A stretch of DNA of 64,000 nucleotides from positions 124,001-188,000 of the forward strand of contig JAHLTZ010000008.1 in NCBI GenBank assembly GCA_025786725.1. The letters run 5' to 3'. The DNA comes from Syncephalis fuscata S228. Taxonomy: Eukaryota; Fungi; Zoopagomycota. The translations under genes and the position numbers were made by a program. This document shows, piece after piece, positions 39,777 through 51,664 of this stretch (its first letter is position 1; each line of letters opens with the position of its first letter). The notes beneath the pieces were generated by a model that was given only the letters and a program-made list of their open reading frames with translations, ran no database searches and had not been told where the DNA came from.

Positions 39777-41661
39777 GTTGTCATAAAATAATAGAGTAAA
39801 ATGTTACTCAGCTAAAAAAAATTGAATTGAAAGGTCTTAAAATATGTTGGCTATTAAAAAGCAGCTGCGGACTGGCTCATAAATACCATAAATAAGGTAG
39901 CAGTCAATAGATTCAATCGTAGCTGATTGTTTAAGTGAAGCTTTTTGATAAAGCGCAAAAATAACGAGCAAAAGCAATAATATCGTGTCATAATTGATAA
40001 CAAATTCGTTAAAATAAAACGTAAGTGCACAGCGTCGCTATTGGTATCGTCAGTGACGGGAAAACTGTGCGGCAGATAGATGTATAGAAGAAAGAAGGCA
40101 AATGAGATAGATGCTAATTTGTGAATAGTTGCGACGAGACAAGCAAAATAGCGGGTTTTATAGTGTTCTTGTAGTTGGCGTAAAGGAACAGCTAGTTAAC
40201 AATTGCCAATACGCTGCTTCACAAAGTTACTCACCTGCCCATACTATAGACATAACATTAAGTCAGCCACAGTAACAAAGGTGACGAGTGAAACGCTGAT
40301 TAGACAACATGAGAACACTTGTGGATAGTGAAATGTTGACGAAAGTTGAGCAATGTTGTGTAGTGTATGTTGGTTTTAGCTAAATGCCTAACACCGCTAA
40401 ACTGGTCGTTAGTGCAGCGTTCAATGGTGTGACCGCGGCGTTTTTTTCGCCATCAATAAATAATATTACATCAATCTACTTTGCTGTATAACAAAAAATA
40501 TGACGCAAATAGTCTTTAGAATCAACATTACGCGTGCTAATAATAAATTTTGAGTAACATGTAACTGTGTGTCGTGTAAGCAGAATATTTCATTAATTGC
40601 AACAACAAAGCTTATCCCTCATTCTGGGTAATATAAATGAATAAAACTATTTGTGCCATTTGTTTGGCACAAACAGAGGCCATATCGCCAATGAGCAACT
40701 TCGTTTGCAAGAGATCATGTGAACAATATGTGGGGTCGCCCAATTGTGCACAGGTGTACCTATCCTTGTTCAGCTTTTAGCGCTATTTTGAGGCCTTGTA
40801 ACCGCTAATGTCCATATTAGGCTGCTTTACCAATAGCTATCAATAATACACAAATGGAATTCATCAAATTATTGGCTATTGTTTTACTACCTGATATGCC
40901 ATTACTCCTATAACCGTTTTCAAACATTATTTTTATCCCACGGCGTTTGATATTTACGCCAGCAATAGTTGTTTCTAGTTGAGGCCAAACTCGAAGCTTC
41001 ACATCTACAAATAGCTGTATATAACGGGTTCGCTAAACAGTAATGCATATTTAGCCTAAATTAGTAGTAGCACTATTTATTGATCAACAAACAAGGCATT
41101 TCTACACGTCAGGTCTTTACACTCAAGGTGTGCAGGTTAAAAATACCTTCATGCTTAGTAAAAAAATATTGATCTGTCTATAGCTATTAGATGCTGCCAA
41201 GTTTTGATAAACGATCAGATAGAGCGCAAAATTATAAATAAAAATCAACATGCTGCGTTTTAATTATGGTAGATAGAGGAGGTGTTACTAGCCCAGTAGT
41301 TAAGGCAGCGTCTCCCAAGCTGAAGGCTTTGGGTTCTTTAGTTTGAATCAATCCTTAAGTGGAAATCCCCAGTTTTTCTAGTTAAACAAGCTCAATTAAA
41401 TTAAATAAGTGGGTCTAGAAACAAGACCTTGGCCAGAATAGCTGAAAAGAAACAATTGGAATTAACTTCAAAAGAATAGTGCTGTGTAGCATCATTTAAA
41501 AGAAAATGACCTCCGCGTAAAGTTTATATGGACCGGATTTTGTGCAAAAACGTGGCTGTCCACCCATTAGTTTAGAGAAGTCCAAAATAGTAGGAAACAG
41601 CACAAATTCTTTATTATGCACAGCAGGACTCATAAGTTTTCTAAAATAAAATAAAAATAAA

Positions 41662-43094
41662 GAGAAATTAGTATAATGAAATTTAAATAGGGATTTTAAA
41701 ATAATTTAATAACGGCGTATTTTTCCTAATTTCTCTTTCAAATTTTATTTATTAAATATATTGTTTTTTATTTACCCCACACTTCGTTTTCTTGTAATGG
41801 CGTTTACTACAAATTAAACATTCTTTAATAACACGTTTTCTTTTCTTGATAGCTGTTTCATTAGTAGTTTGTATTTGTTTTTCAATAAAGATTAATTTTA
41901 TAATTTAATTCATTTTAGCTTATTATCAAAATTTATATTATCACTGTTCTGATATTCCGGACAGGGTCTTGTAAAAGTGTGACTAAGTGATATATCGTGT
42001 GATTGGATCACCAGTTAAAGTCGCATTGATTGATTGCAAGAATAATATACCTATCGATATTAGTACCGATCACTAGTAACAAATGTCTATTACGACAATA
42101 TGACGAGTAGCTACTTGTTAGTTGTGAACATATGAGCAGTCCCCTAAACTAATATGCTGCGCTGATGATGAAATACCACAAGGCATTCAAGTTCTATTAT
42201 TAGTTGTGTTTACTATATAATGATAGCTTTATTCAATATCAATAAAGAAATAATCAAGTTTCTAGTCCAATATTATTTTACTTAGTGTCATACAAGTTAT
42301 TCAGTTTATTATAGTTAAACTGTGGTAATTAACGACCAATAAGGAATAATCTTATTATAAAAGCAATACAACCAAACAACACATTGTATTCTGAGCGTTA
42401 AGGTAGGCGTTAATAAGCATCAGAAATTAATGTTATAGGATAGCGACAGGATAATGTGTTGCTTGGTCATCCAAGTTGCGATTTTTAAAACAAGAAGCGT
42501 AACAATACAATTACAACTTTTGTTATAAATCTGTTGATTTAAACTACTGCTATAAGTCAAAGTCATTTAATACTAATAACAAACAATAGCATCTGTTGAT
42601 CATTGCAATTGTTAGTGTATATTAACTAATTACACATGCGCTTATCTTGATGTTTTTACTTGTATATATGTTGATTTTACATTTGAAAGTGTAGCAACAT
42701 TATTTGCAGTATATTTAGTAATAAATATAATATTATTATTACCAGAATTGTATGGATAGTCGTCAAAACGTTCAAGATTGCATTGGGCAGTCTTTAATAG
42801 GCTGGTTTTCTGCTTTCTAGCAGCCGAAATAAACCAATATTTGTTGCTGAAACGGTCTTCATGAAGACAAATGAGCTGTAATCTTGTTGAATCACTATTT
42901 TTCCTCTTAAAATTTCAATTGCTAACAAGTTAAACTTGTCAGCAGAGGCTTCAGTATTTCAATATTGTTAAATATGGCATTTTAAAATAGCTTGGTAGAC
43001 ATTTGGTAGATTTTTTAAAACAATATATTTCAATAAATAAATTTGAAAAGAGGATTTATTATAATGAAATTAAAAAACTGTATTTTCAAATTCC
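41662..43094 (-). mobile_element. Compact decayed Mutator-like TIR element containing a solo LTR
   Basis: Both arms are joined through one LTR, with inverted termini containing ctc(t)tttcaaattttatttatt(g)aaatatattgtttt and a CCHC remnant. No TSD found. Confidence 0.6.
41939..42504 (-). mobile_element. Solo LTR, copy 3
   Basis: Reverse complement of copies 1 and 2. Flanks in element orientation GTAT/ATAT. Confidence 0.7.
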
Positions 43095-43302
43095 TTTAAA
43101 TTATTAATGTTTAATTGTGTCATAAATCTTGGACAATATAATGACTACCAATTAAATTTAAATGATGCTGTATCCAAATACCAAAACATACAATACAATA
43201 TTAAATTGCAATGTGATGATTATTAAAAAACATATTGTTTTATATATACTAACTGAACGCCAATGGCCAAATTACAGCGTGAATGGTAGTGAAACAAGTC
43301 GA

Positions 43303-45442
43303 TATCTATAATAAATACAACTAATAATAAACAAGTAGCTTTTATCAATAATGTATAATCAATAGACAATATACTAATCTATATAATTTTATATTCAAAA
43401 TAACACATCATAATAAATAGAATAGATGGTATGATTATGACGACTGTATTGTAGGTAGATTGTCATTCCAAACAGTTTAATGATTTTTGAAGGTTGTGTG
43501 GCATATACATATGCTCAAAATACACGTCTAGCTTATGTTTATTATAAATGCGCGCTATGATCGCCTGTCTTTTAGCAAATTATTGTTGACAGTAATGGTT
43601 CTTGACAGTCCAGCTATTGCCCTTTTCTTGTCTTATTTACTCATCATGGTGGATCATATTACTATGCTTGTTACTGTGCGTGTTGCCGCATTTGCCGACG
43701 CAGCTCACTTGTTCTGTTTTCATGGTGCTGTAAATGGCTGCGGTATTGCGTTAGTTAACAAGACACTTGCTTGCATCACTGATATAGCATTATTATAATA
43801 TCGCTGATGGCAACAAGATACATGACTGTCCTGGTATGTGAAGGCAGTAGTACATTGAAGTTGTTTGCATCACCTATCAAAACAGTAATCAGCGATACTT
43901 AGCTGAATGAGCAGAATACCGAATGGTTTCATGCATTTTGCTATCGATTGCTACTGATGTCAATTGGCTTAAAGGCATATTCTATTTAGTTAGAAGCTCA
44001 ATGGAGAAAGAACCAAACAGCAGTCGTTCTATTGCATTGCAACGGATTGCTTATCATCATGATGGCATGCGGAAATGCTTTATTGCTGAGCAATACCTGC
44101 CAATAGGAAAAATGTTTACTATGTAATATTGGCATTTGTGTTGACTATTTCGCAATGATGTCAACTATAGATTTCAGATAGATTCATAGTGGCTGTTAAT
44201 GAGCAAGCAAATAGCATAAGCATTATTTGCAAACAGTCGTGCATTATTTCTATCTGGCCAGTGCATCTAGGCTCAATTGTGCGACCGCGTCAGTTCTTCT
44301 GTTAATGCAATAATGCATACATTCGTGGTCACTGGATGATGATTAGTCATTTTGAGTTAACAGCTAAAAGCAACTAACTATTATATATTAGAAAAAACAC
44401 ACATTTTTGATCTTGCTTATAATCAAAAATGCATGGATACTATTGCAAGTCATCAAGGGGAAATGTTTTTATTGAAAGTTACGGATGAAATAGTAATTAT
44501 ATCTAGTAGATTATTTCATCGCTCAGATACCACTACTACATTCAAATGGAACATATATGGTTTTGAATTGCTATCTAGGACATGGTCCGCGCTGCTTAAT
44601 GCAAGGTGAAATTTGCTTTAAGAAATCTGGTAAATCCGTAATTCTTGTTAGAAAACTAGATGATAATTGAGTTTTATTGAAGACAATTTGCAGTTAACTG
44701 CTAATATGCTAGCACACACCGATATAGAAACACTATGTCTACCCTTAATCGTCATTCCACTCCAAGTATGAGTATGTATAGCGATTTTTTTATTATATAT
44801 TGAAAATTTTGCTATTCGTGAATCCAAAAACAACAGCACATTTACAGCAATATATTTAGTTCATTTAAGTCGTACTAAAACTTGGATAGGATAGATTCAA
44901 AGTATTTGTACGAAAAACCATTTAAATCTCCAGATGCTATCTCAAGATTTAACCATCTGATTAATTATTTTTTATTGCTAAGTGGTACAGCTAACACAAA
45001 AAACGTGCTACTGTTAGTAGATAGCGAAGGCTATAAAATAGCAGATTTGTCATTTTAATTGCTATCAACATAATACGTATTACTATTTATTAAACAAGAT
45101 TTACGATTATTTTATCTTGTATTGCAATCAGAGTGCTATAAAATATAATAGTGATCAGCCAATGACCATTACAACACCTGATGCAATATAATCTACTATA
45201 TTACCATTATTACTTAAAGTAAGAAACAAAACGTATACTAATTGTAATTACAAAAATCAATAACTAAATGGCATGATACGGCAATAGAATAGGTATGTAC
45301 ATAATATGTATGTTGTATTATGAATGTAAGATTTATTAATGTTATTAACAAGAGACTATGTATAATGAATATGAATACAGGTTAATATCTTTTATTTTAG
45401 TATAAATAAAACCCAAAAACAAAATAACATATCTGAATAATA
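43303..45442 (+). pseudogene. Inverted duplicate of the F-box pseudogene block at 26762-28897
   Basis: Near-identical short ORFs on the opposite strand (43535-43798 and 43923-44126). Confidence 0.7.
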
Positions 45443-46043
45443 GCTAATAGTTTACATTATTTATTTATTATAAGCCAATTATAATTCCAATAGTTTACCA
45501 AAATTATTTATATTAAATAATGCATAAAAGTCAAAGTTTTAACAAATAAAACTAGAACATTAGTAAACATGGCAGTTGATGAATCAAACGAGTAAGGTGC
45601 ATGTTACATTCAAATACCAAACTTGCAACATGATATGTAATTGTAGTGTGATGATTGCAAAAAACACGCTATACTCTTACGTACAAATACAATTGCAATG
45701 AATATCCTACAGAGTTCAAACGTGAAACAGGCATTTGTCTTTTTTACCTTAAAACTAGCTATAACTCTTTTTGAAGATTAAAACCTCTACATCGTTTTTT
45801 TTAGAAATTGCATGTGTATTTCTTACAAAAAAATACATGATTAATATATATATGGAAATCCTACACGTGTATTTAAAATGGACGGCTCACTAAATTTATG
45901 TTGTATGCCTATAAAGGAAAACAATGAAAAAACAACTGTAAATTAATCGATAAGGCGGTGTTTAGAATTTGGTATATATACAATCGTCTCAATTGACTAT
46001 TTTGATATCTTCTTATTCATCAATTCCTTGTTTGCTAACAACT

Positions 46044-46717
46044 ATGTATCAGCGCTACACTATATCAATCGTCATTGCTAGCTGTCTAATGCTACTATTA
46101 TGCAGCTTCAACTCCATGCAAAGTAACGCCACGCCAACACCTGGATTGGTACAAAGTCGATTAACCAACCTGTATGAGATGATTGCCACATTTCCTGGAT
46201 CATCTCTACCTAGCGCCAAAACGTCACATAAATTGTATGGATATACAACAATAGCAGGTCTGGCTCAAATCATCATGCCTGCTGATTCTCCATACGATTG
46301 GGACTTTTATAGATTGCGATACACTGGTACATGGAAAAATACGTGGAAAAGACATGGGCAATCAATCATGCTATGGTATCAATAGAGCTTGATAAAGATT
46401 TTTATACTGAAGCAGAAGAGCCGGTTTGGGTTATATGTACAACCTCAATGGGCGTATTTAAAATTTTATGAACGATATCAAAGTAAGTGGCATGCCAATC
46501 AATGATGATTAATAGCTAAACTATTCTATGTTTAGAGCGGCATGTTTGAGGCAAAGAAAGAAAGAAAAGATCAATACTAAACTCTATCACAATACCAGGA
46601 ACCGCAGCACAAATTAAAGATAAGGGATTTTACTTTATGCCTAACGATCAGCTTGCATGCTTAGTGTACACATACATCAACTCTTCTAATAGAAAAAGAA
46701 AAAGATTATCTTTCTAA
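46044..46717 (+). CDS. Small secreted 2-Cys protein, paralogue D
   Basis: Signal peptide MYQRYTISIVIASCLMLLLCSFNSMQSNA, EEPVWVICTTS, intron 46483-46535, and exon 2 ..ITIPGTAAQIKDKGFYFMPNDQLACLVYTYINSSNRKRKRLSF*. Contains indels. Confidence 0.75.
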
Positions 46718-47387
46718 ACAGCAATGCAAAAATTATTGAATTTCCAAAAGATTTATAATTAATTACACGAATAATTAGGCGCTATTTTTGAATTTAGTGA
46801 ATTTTCATTGTTATTACTTTAATAAAGCAGTTACTCATTTACTAAGTAAAAATGAATTCATGAGTGATTTATTATATAAGCTTTAAATAGCTATACAGCA
46901 GCCTCTATTTAATATACAGTCAAACTCTAGCTTTATACACGTTTGACATATATAATGACAATAATTAGTCGATAGAAATAGATTTGTTAGATATATATTT
47001 ATTTTATTATATATGTAGAATCTATTTATTTATCCACATATTTAAACTACCGGAATATATTACATTTAGTGTATTTTAGGATTGTTTTATTACTGTATTC
47101 GCGATATATTTTAAAATAATGATTTTAATGATAACTAACTTTGTTATTGCTATTACTATACTTGGTAGCTATTTATTATTTGGTTTTCTCCCCATTAAAG
47201 TCATAAATGCGCATTTTTTAATCATAATCCAGACGCTTATTTTTACTTAGATGAAACAATTATATAACTGATTACTTTTTATAATAATAAATAGCGACAA
47301 AAAGACCTCTTTATAGTATATTCATAATTAATAAACTTTATTAGTAAATTGCTATTCTTCATTTCATTAATTAAATATAAGGATTCA

Positions 47388-49431
47388 TCATGCCTTCAAT
47401 GCTGCCTCTTGTTGGTCGGTCATATTAGGATCTGTGTGACCCAATTCCTCGAGTGTACGGCCAGCCGTCTCAGGCACATACCGCCAGACGAACCACCATG
47501 CCAAAACGCCTAACGAGGCATACAACCAGAAGGCTCCGGCAGCCGTAATAGCATGAGCTAATGAAAGAAAACTGACAGAAACAATTAGATTTCCTAGCCA
47601 ATTGACGCTTGTTGCCACACCACCGGCACGTCCACGTAGCGCCAATGGAAATAGTTCCGACTGGATTAGCCATGGAACATTGCCAAGTCCCAATGCATAG
47701 GAAGCAACGTAGAATATTAAAGCAGCCAGAGCAAACCACGACCAACCAGCCGTGCCTGAGCATTCTAAAGATCCAATCGGCAGCGATCGTGTGTTTGCAT
47801 CACTAGTAAGGTCAGGCATAAATACGTCATCACGTGAGAAGCAGCGATCCAACTGAGAAACATAGGCACATCGATTGTCGGCCACACATGAGCCGCAATG
47901 ATTGTAGGCATCACAGCTGGATTGATACGGACGAAGGCCCAACAGGAAAGCAAATGCCATTCCAAGCAATACAAGGGCAAACGCCATTGCTATAACCGTA
48001 TAAAGTAGAATGCGTCGTCGACCAATTCGATCAACGTATCGAATGGCTACCAGGGTCATAAGCATATTAGTAGCAGCAACAAGTATAGAAAATGTGACTG
48101 CGCTTTGCTTATCGCGAAAGCCGCTCATTTTCAATATACTTGCCGAGTAATACATAACGGTATTAAAGCCACTTAGTTGTTGGAATGCCTGTAGGCCACA
48201 TGCCACCAATAAAGAGAGACGGTTTTGTGGCCGAAGTAAATCGGCGTATGTTGCACCGGCTGTTATTGTGGCCGCATGCTCCATGGCCATTATTTCATCT
48301 TCGACTTGTCGGCTAATACGATCTTTTAGTTTCGTATCACTGACATCGGACGAAGCTGAGTTTGAAAGCTGCGGAGCACGACGGCGGCAGCCTTGTGGCA
48401 GAGATACAGGAGTGGAAGCATAGACGCGTGTTAACATACGACGTGCAGCAGCCGTGTTATCGGCACGAGATCCACGCTTGCGTCTTAATAAATAACGTGG
48501 GCTTTCGGGTAGAAATGGCATTCCTATAAACTATTTTGTTAATAAACATTTAAGTAATAATTACTGTCTTACCGATAAGTTGAATAATAGGTGGAATACC
48601 CGCAATACCAAACATAATACGCCATCCATTAGACGTATTGCCTAGACCGGCACTTACGCAATAAGCAACTAATTGCCCACCCGTAATCATTAATACGTTC
48701 ATGGTGACCAATTGGCCGCGGTATTGTCTAGATAGAACAATTAGTGAATTTGATGTAATATGTCAGCAGGTATTACCGAGGAGAAACTTCACTAATGTAA
48801 GTTGGCACCACCATACTAGCTAAACCAACACCAATGCCCACAATAAACCGGCCCGCTAATAAAGCCGATAGCCAGGGGCAAACGCCATCATTAATGCACC
48901 CAATAAGAAAATAACGGACGAGAAGAACGTAACAGGTCGTCTGCCGAGTCGGTCACTAAGAAAGCCGGCCGAGAATCCACCAAAAATGGCACCTAGTGTT
49001 GTAGCTACACTGGACAATTAGCTATCGAGTTCCACCAAACATATTATGCACCTACCGCCAACAATAAACTCCACTTGTAGTGTATCAAGCTGGAACTCCT
49101 CCTCTACAAACAGCATGGCGCCAGAAATAACGCCAGTGTCGTAGCCAAAAAGAAAGCCGCCAATGGCCGACAACGTGGAAATAAACAAAACATACCACGA
49201 GACGGGAAGTTCGTCGTCCTCGTCAATTTCTTCAATTTCCTTTTCGTTGGGCGATATATCTGCCAGTGGCTCGACGTCCTCGTCATGGCTATTGTTATCG
49301 TCCTCGTCAAGTACACTGTGTGTGGCAGGGATATCAGCAGCAGCCATTTCAGCAGGCTCACGACTGTGCCGCAAAACAGTCGTACTTAAAACGGCCGTTG
49401 ACTGAGCCTCATTCGTTATATTTTCAAGCAT
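47388..49431 (-). CDS. MFS sugar porter, myo-inositol transporter (ITR/HMIT-like)
   Basis: [40 protein letters not shown] and [10 protein letters not shown], plus a Cys-rich loop ([11 protein letters not shown]) like HMIT. Confidence 0.92.
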
Positions 49432-50016
49432 TTGTTTGTTAGTTAGCAAAGTTTGTCCTAGCTATTAAATTAATATGAAAATACTAAAAAAACGAATAAA
49501 TAAAAGCGGTGAGAACTTGCAGCTGAAACAAAAACGGTAAAATTGCTAATTAAATCTGGTATACAAGTCTAATAAAAGTTGCCATAAAATGTCAAATAAA
49601 GCTGTCGCCTAAGCAGAAAAGGGGACTACACCACAACCATTTTACTTGTAGTTATACACGTGAGTGCTTGTCTGTTTACAGACTGAAACACATGTGATTA
49701 ATTGTAAGAATGGCTTGTAGTTATGCTGCTGTAATCGCTATGTATTTAGTGGAGCTTTAATTATTTTATTGGTATTATAATATGATATACTACGCAATTT
49801 AACGGAGTTTTAGTTGGTTTAAAATGAGCGATTAGCTAGTACATGTACGAGTATTATTGAATTTATTATCGTGTACATTTGTTAAAATATGCTATCGATA
49901 CATTAAATTAATAAGCAAATTGTTTGAATTTGCGAACTTAAAGATACTAGATTTTACAATCTATTTATTATTGCTTTTTCTATATTTTATAAACATAGAT
50001 ATTGACTTTGCATAGT

Positions 50017-50849
50017 TTATAGGTTGCTCGGTGTAGATTTGGCAGCCGCTTTCTTACCAACTAGCCATGGAATATGTCCAAATCGTTTGGCTATCGAGGG
50101 AACAATCATAACTGTTAAGGCAACACGTAGTGGCATTACTATCTTGTGAATACCATAAGCAACCAACAATAAAGTGCCAATGCTAGCCGAGGAGGCCCCC
50201 TCTGCATCTTGTGAATTCTTTTGCAAAGCACGTTCGCGCGCTGCCTCATCCTGTACACGGTCTTCATCATCCAGAATTTCTGGTGCTAAAACATAGTCAT
50301 CGCCTTTCTTTTTAGTGGGAAACAAGCTATATTTTCCCAGATTTTTGCGTAACCAGTGCTCCATCGTGGCGATTTTTTCCTCGCCAGCAGCGCGTACTAC
50401 TAGGAAGCAGCAGGCATAATCAATAGCTGACACACCCAAATACGCAATAATACCGATTCTACCATAAACAGTAAAAAGGTGTTTAAGTCCTCCTTTCTTG
50501 GGCGGTGGTGGGGCGTTATTTCCATTCGATCCAGGCGCGGAAGCTGTGGATAACGACGCCGTAGGCTGACGTTCTGCCACAGTCCAGGTAAGGCGTGAAG
50601 TAGCACGCGATATCAACATTGACATTGTTGGCGTCTTTGCTCGTTTATTTGTCGTGGTATGCTGCCATTTGCGCTCTATACCAAACAACTGTCTGCGGGT
50701 ATAGACTGGTACTTTAGAGAATGGATTATACATGTTGGCGGAGTATGATGTGGGATGTGGCAAATAAACGAGAGTGTCGACGACGAAGTCAGCGGGAAAG
50801 AGCGCTGTCCTGCGCCACGTACTATTCCACCAAGTAATCTGTGATTCAT
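50017..50849 (-). CDS. FAM210/DUF1279-family mitochondrial membrane protein
   Basis: LKHLFTVYGRIGIIAYLGVSAID and LLVAYGIHKIVMPLRVALT. A presequence-like start MNHRLLGGIVRG lies in the adjacent frame. Confidence 0.8.
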
Positions 50850-51664
50850 AACAATAAAAGGTATAGATTTGCAACAGTTGGAAAATAAACAAACAAGCAA
50901 CTTAGCAAGACAGTTTCGGCGAAAATGCAACGATTGAGTCATCCATTGGTCGGATTAAATGCTAGAATTTAAAATTAGGAGCTATTGTATTTTGACATTC
51001 ACATTTTTACTTATTTTATCTCATATTCTTAATATTTTTAAATACAATTAAACACTTATTCACCACTACTCCATGTATAATATTGCATCCAACATTAATT
51101 AATTCATGTGTAATTATCAATACAATAATGTGATTAATTATTTTTATTATTGCTTTAATATATATACATTGTCATTTATTTAGTTAGATTGGCTATAGGA
51201 AAGTGGCTGTTTAATAAAGACTTTATACTAATTATATAAATATTGATCTTACATCACAAATATGCCCAAAATGCAATAGAAAATTGAAAATAGAAGATCA
51301 TTCAGATGCAATAATCACACTGTACATAGATACAATAACAACAAATGCGGAATAGCATGGAATCACAATCATATGGCTTCTATTAATATTTGATCAATCT
51401 TTTACACATGATTAACAACAATAATAATCAACTTCAAATGTTTTAATGAAATCAAATAGTGGGTTATATTATTTATTTAAATCAATTTGTTAACAGCATT
51501 TTAATAGAAAGTAATATAACTATGTTACGTACAACAACGACATAACCTCAGTTGAAACAAACTTTGCTTTGGAGACTCAAAATGTAAAAGTCCATCATTT
51601 AAACTAATACTAATGTTGTCAGTATCAATTTAATCACTACTTTTATTAAATTAAATCTACATTA

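Larger units (their letters stand above)
33627..41670 (+). repeat. 8-kb segmental duplication, copy 2
   Basis: Direct repeat of 7958-16013. Confidence 0.97.

Noticed and set aside
7958-46717. Starship-type giant element or secondary-metabolite cluster
   Set aside because: No tyrosine-recombinase captain and no NRPS, PKS or terpene backbone gene in the window.
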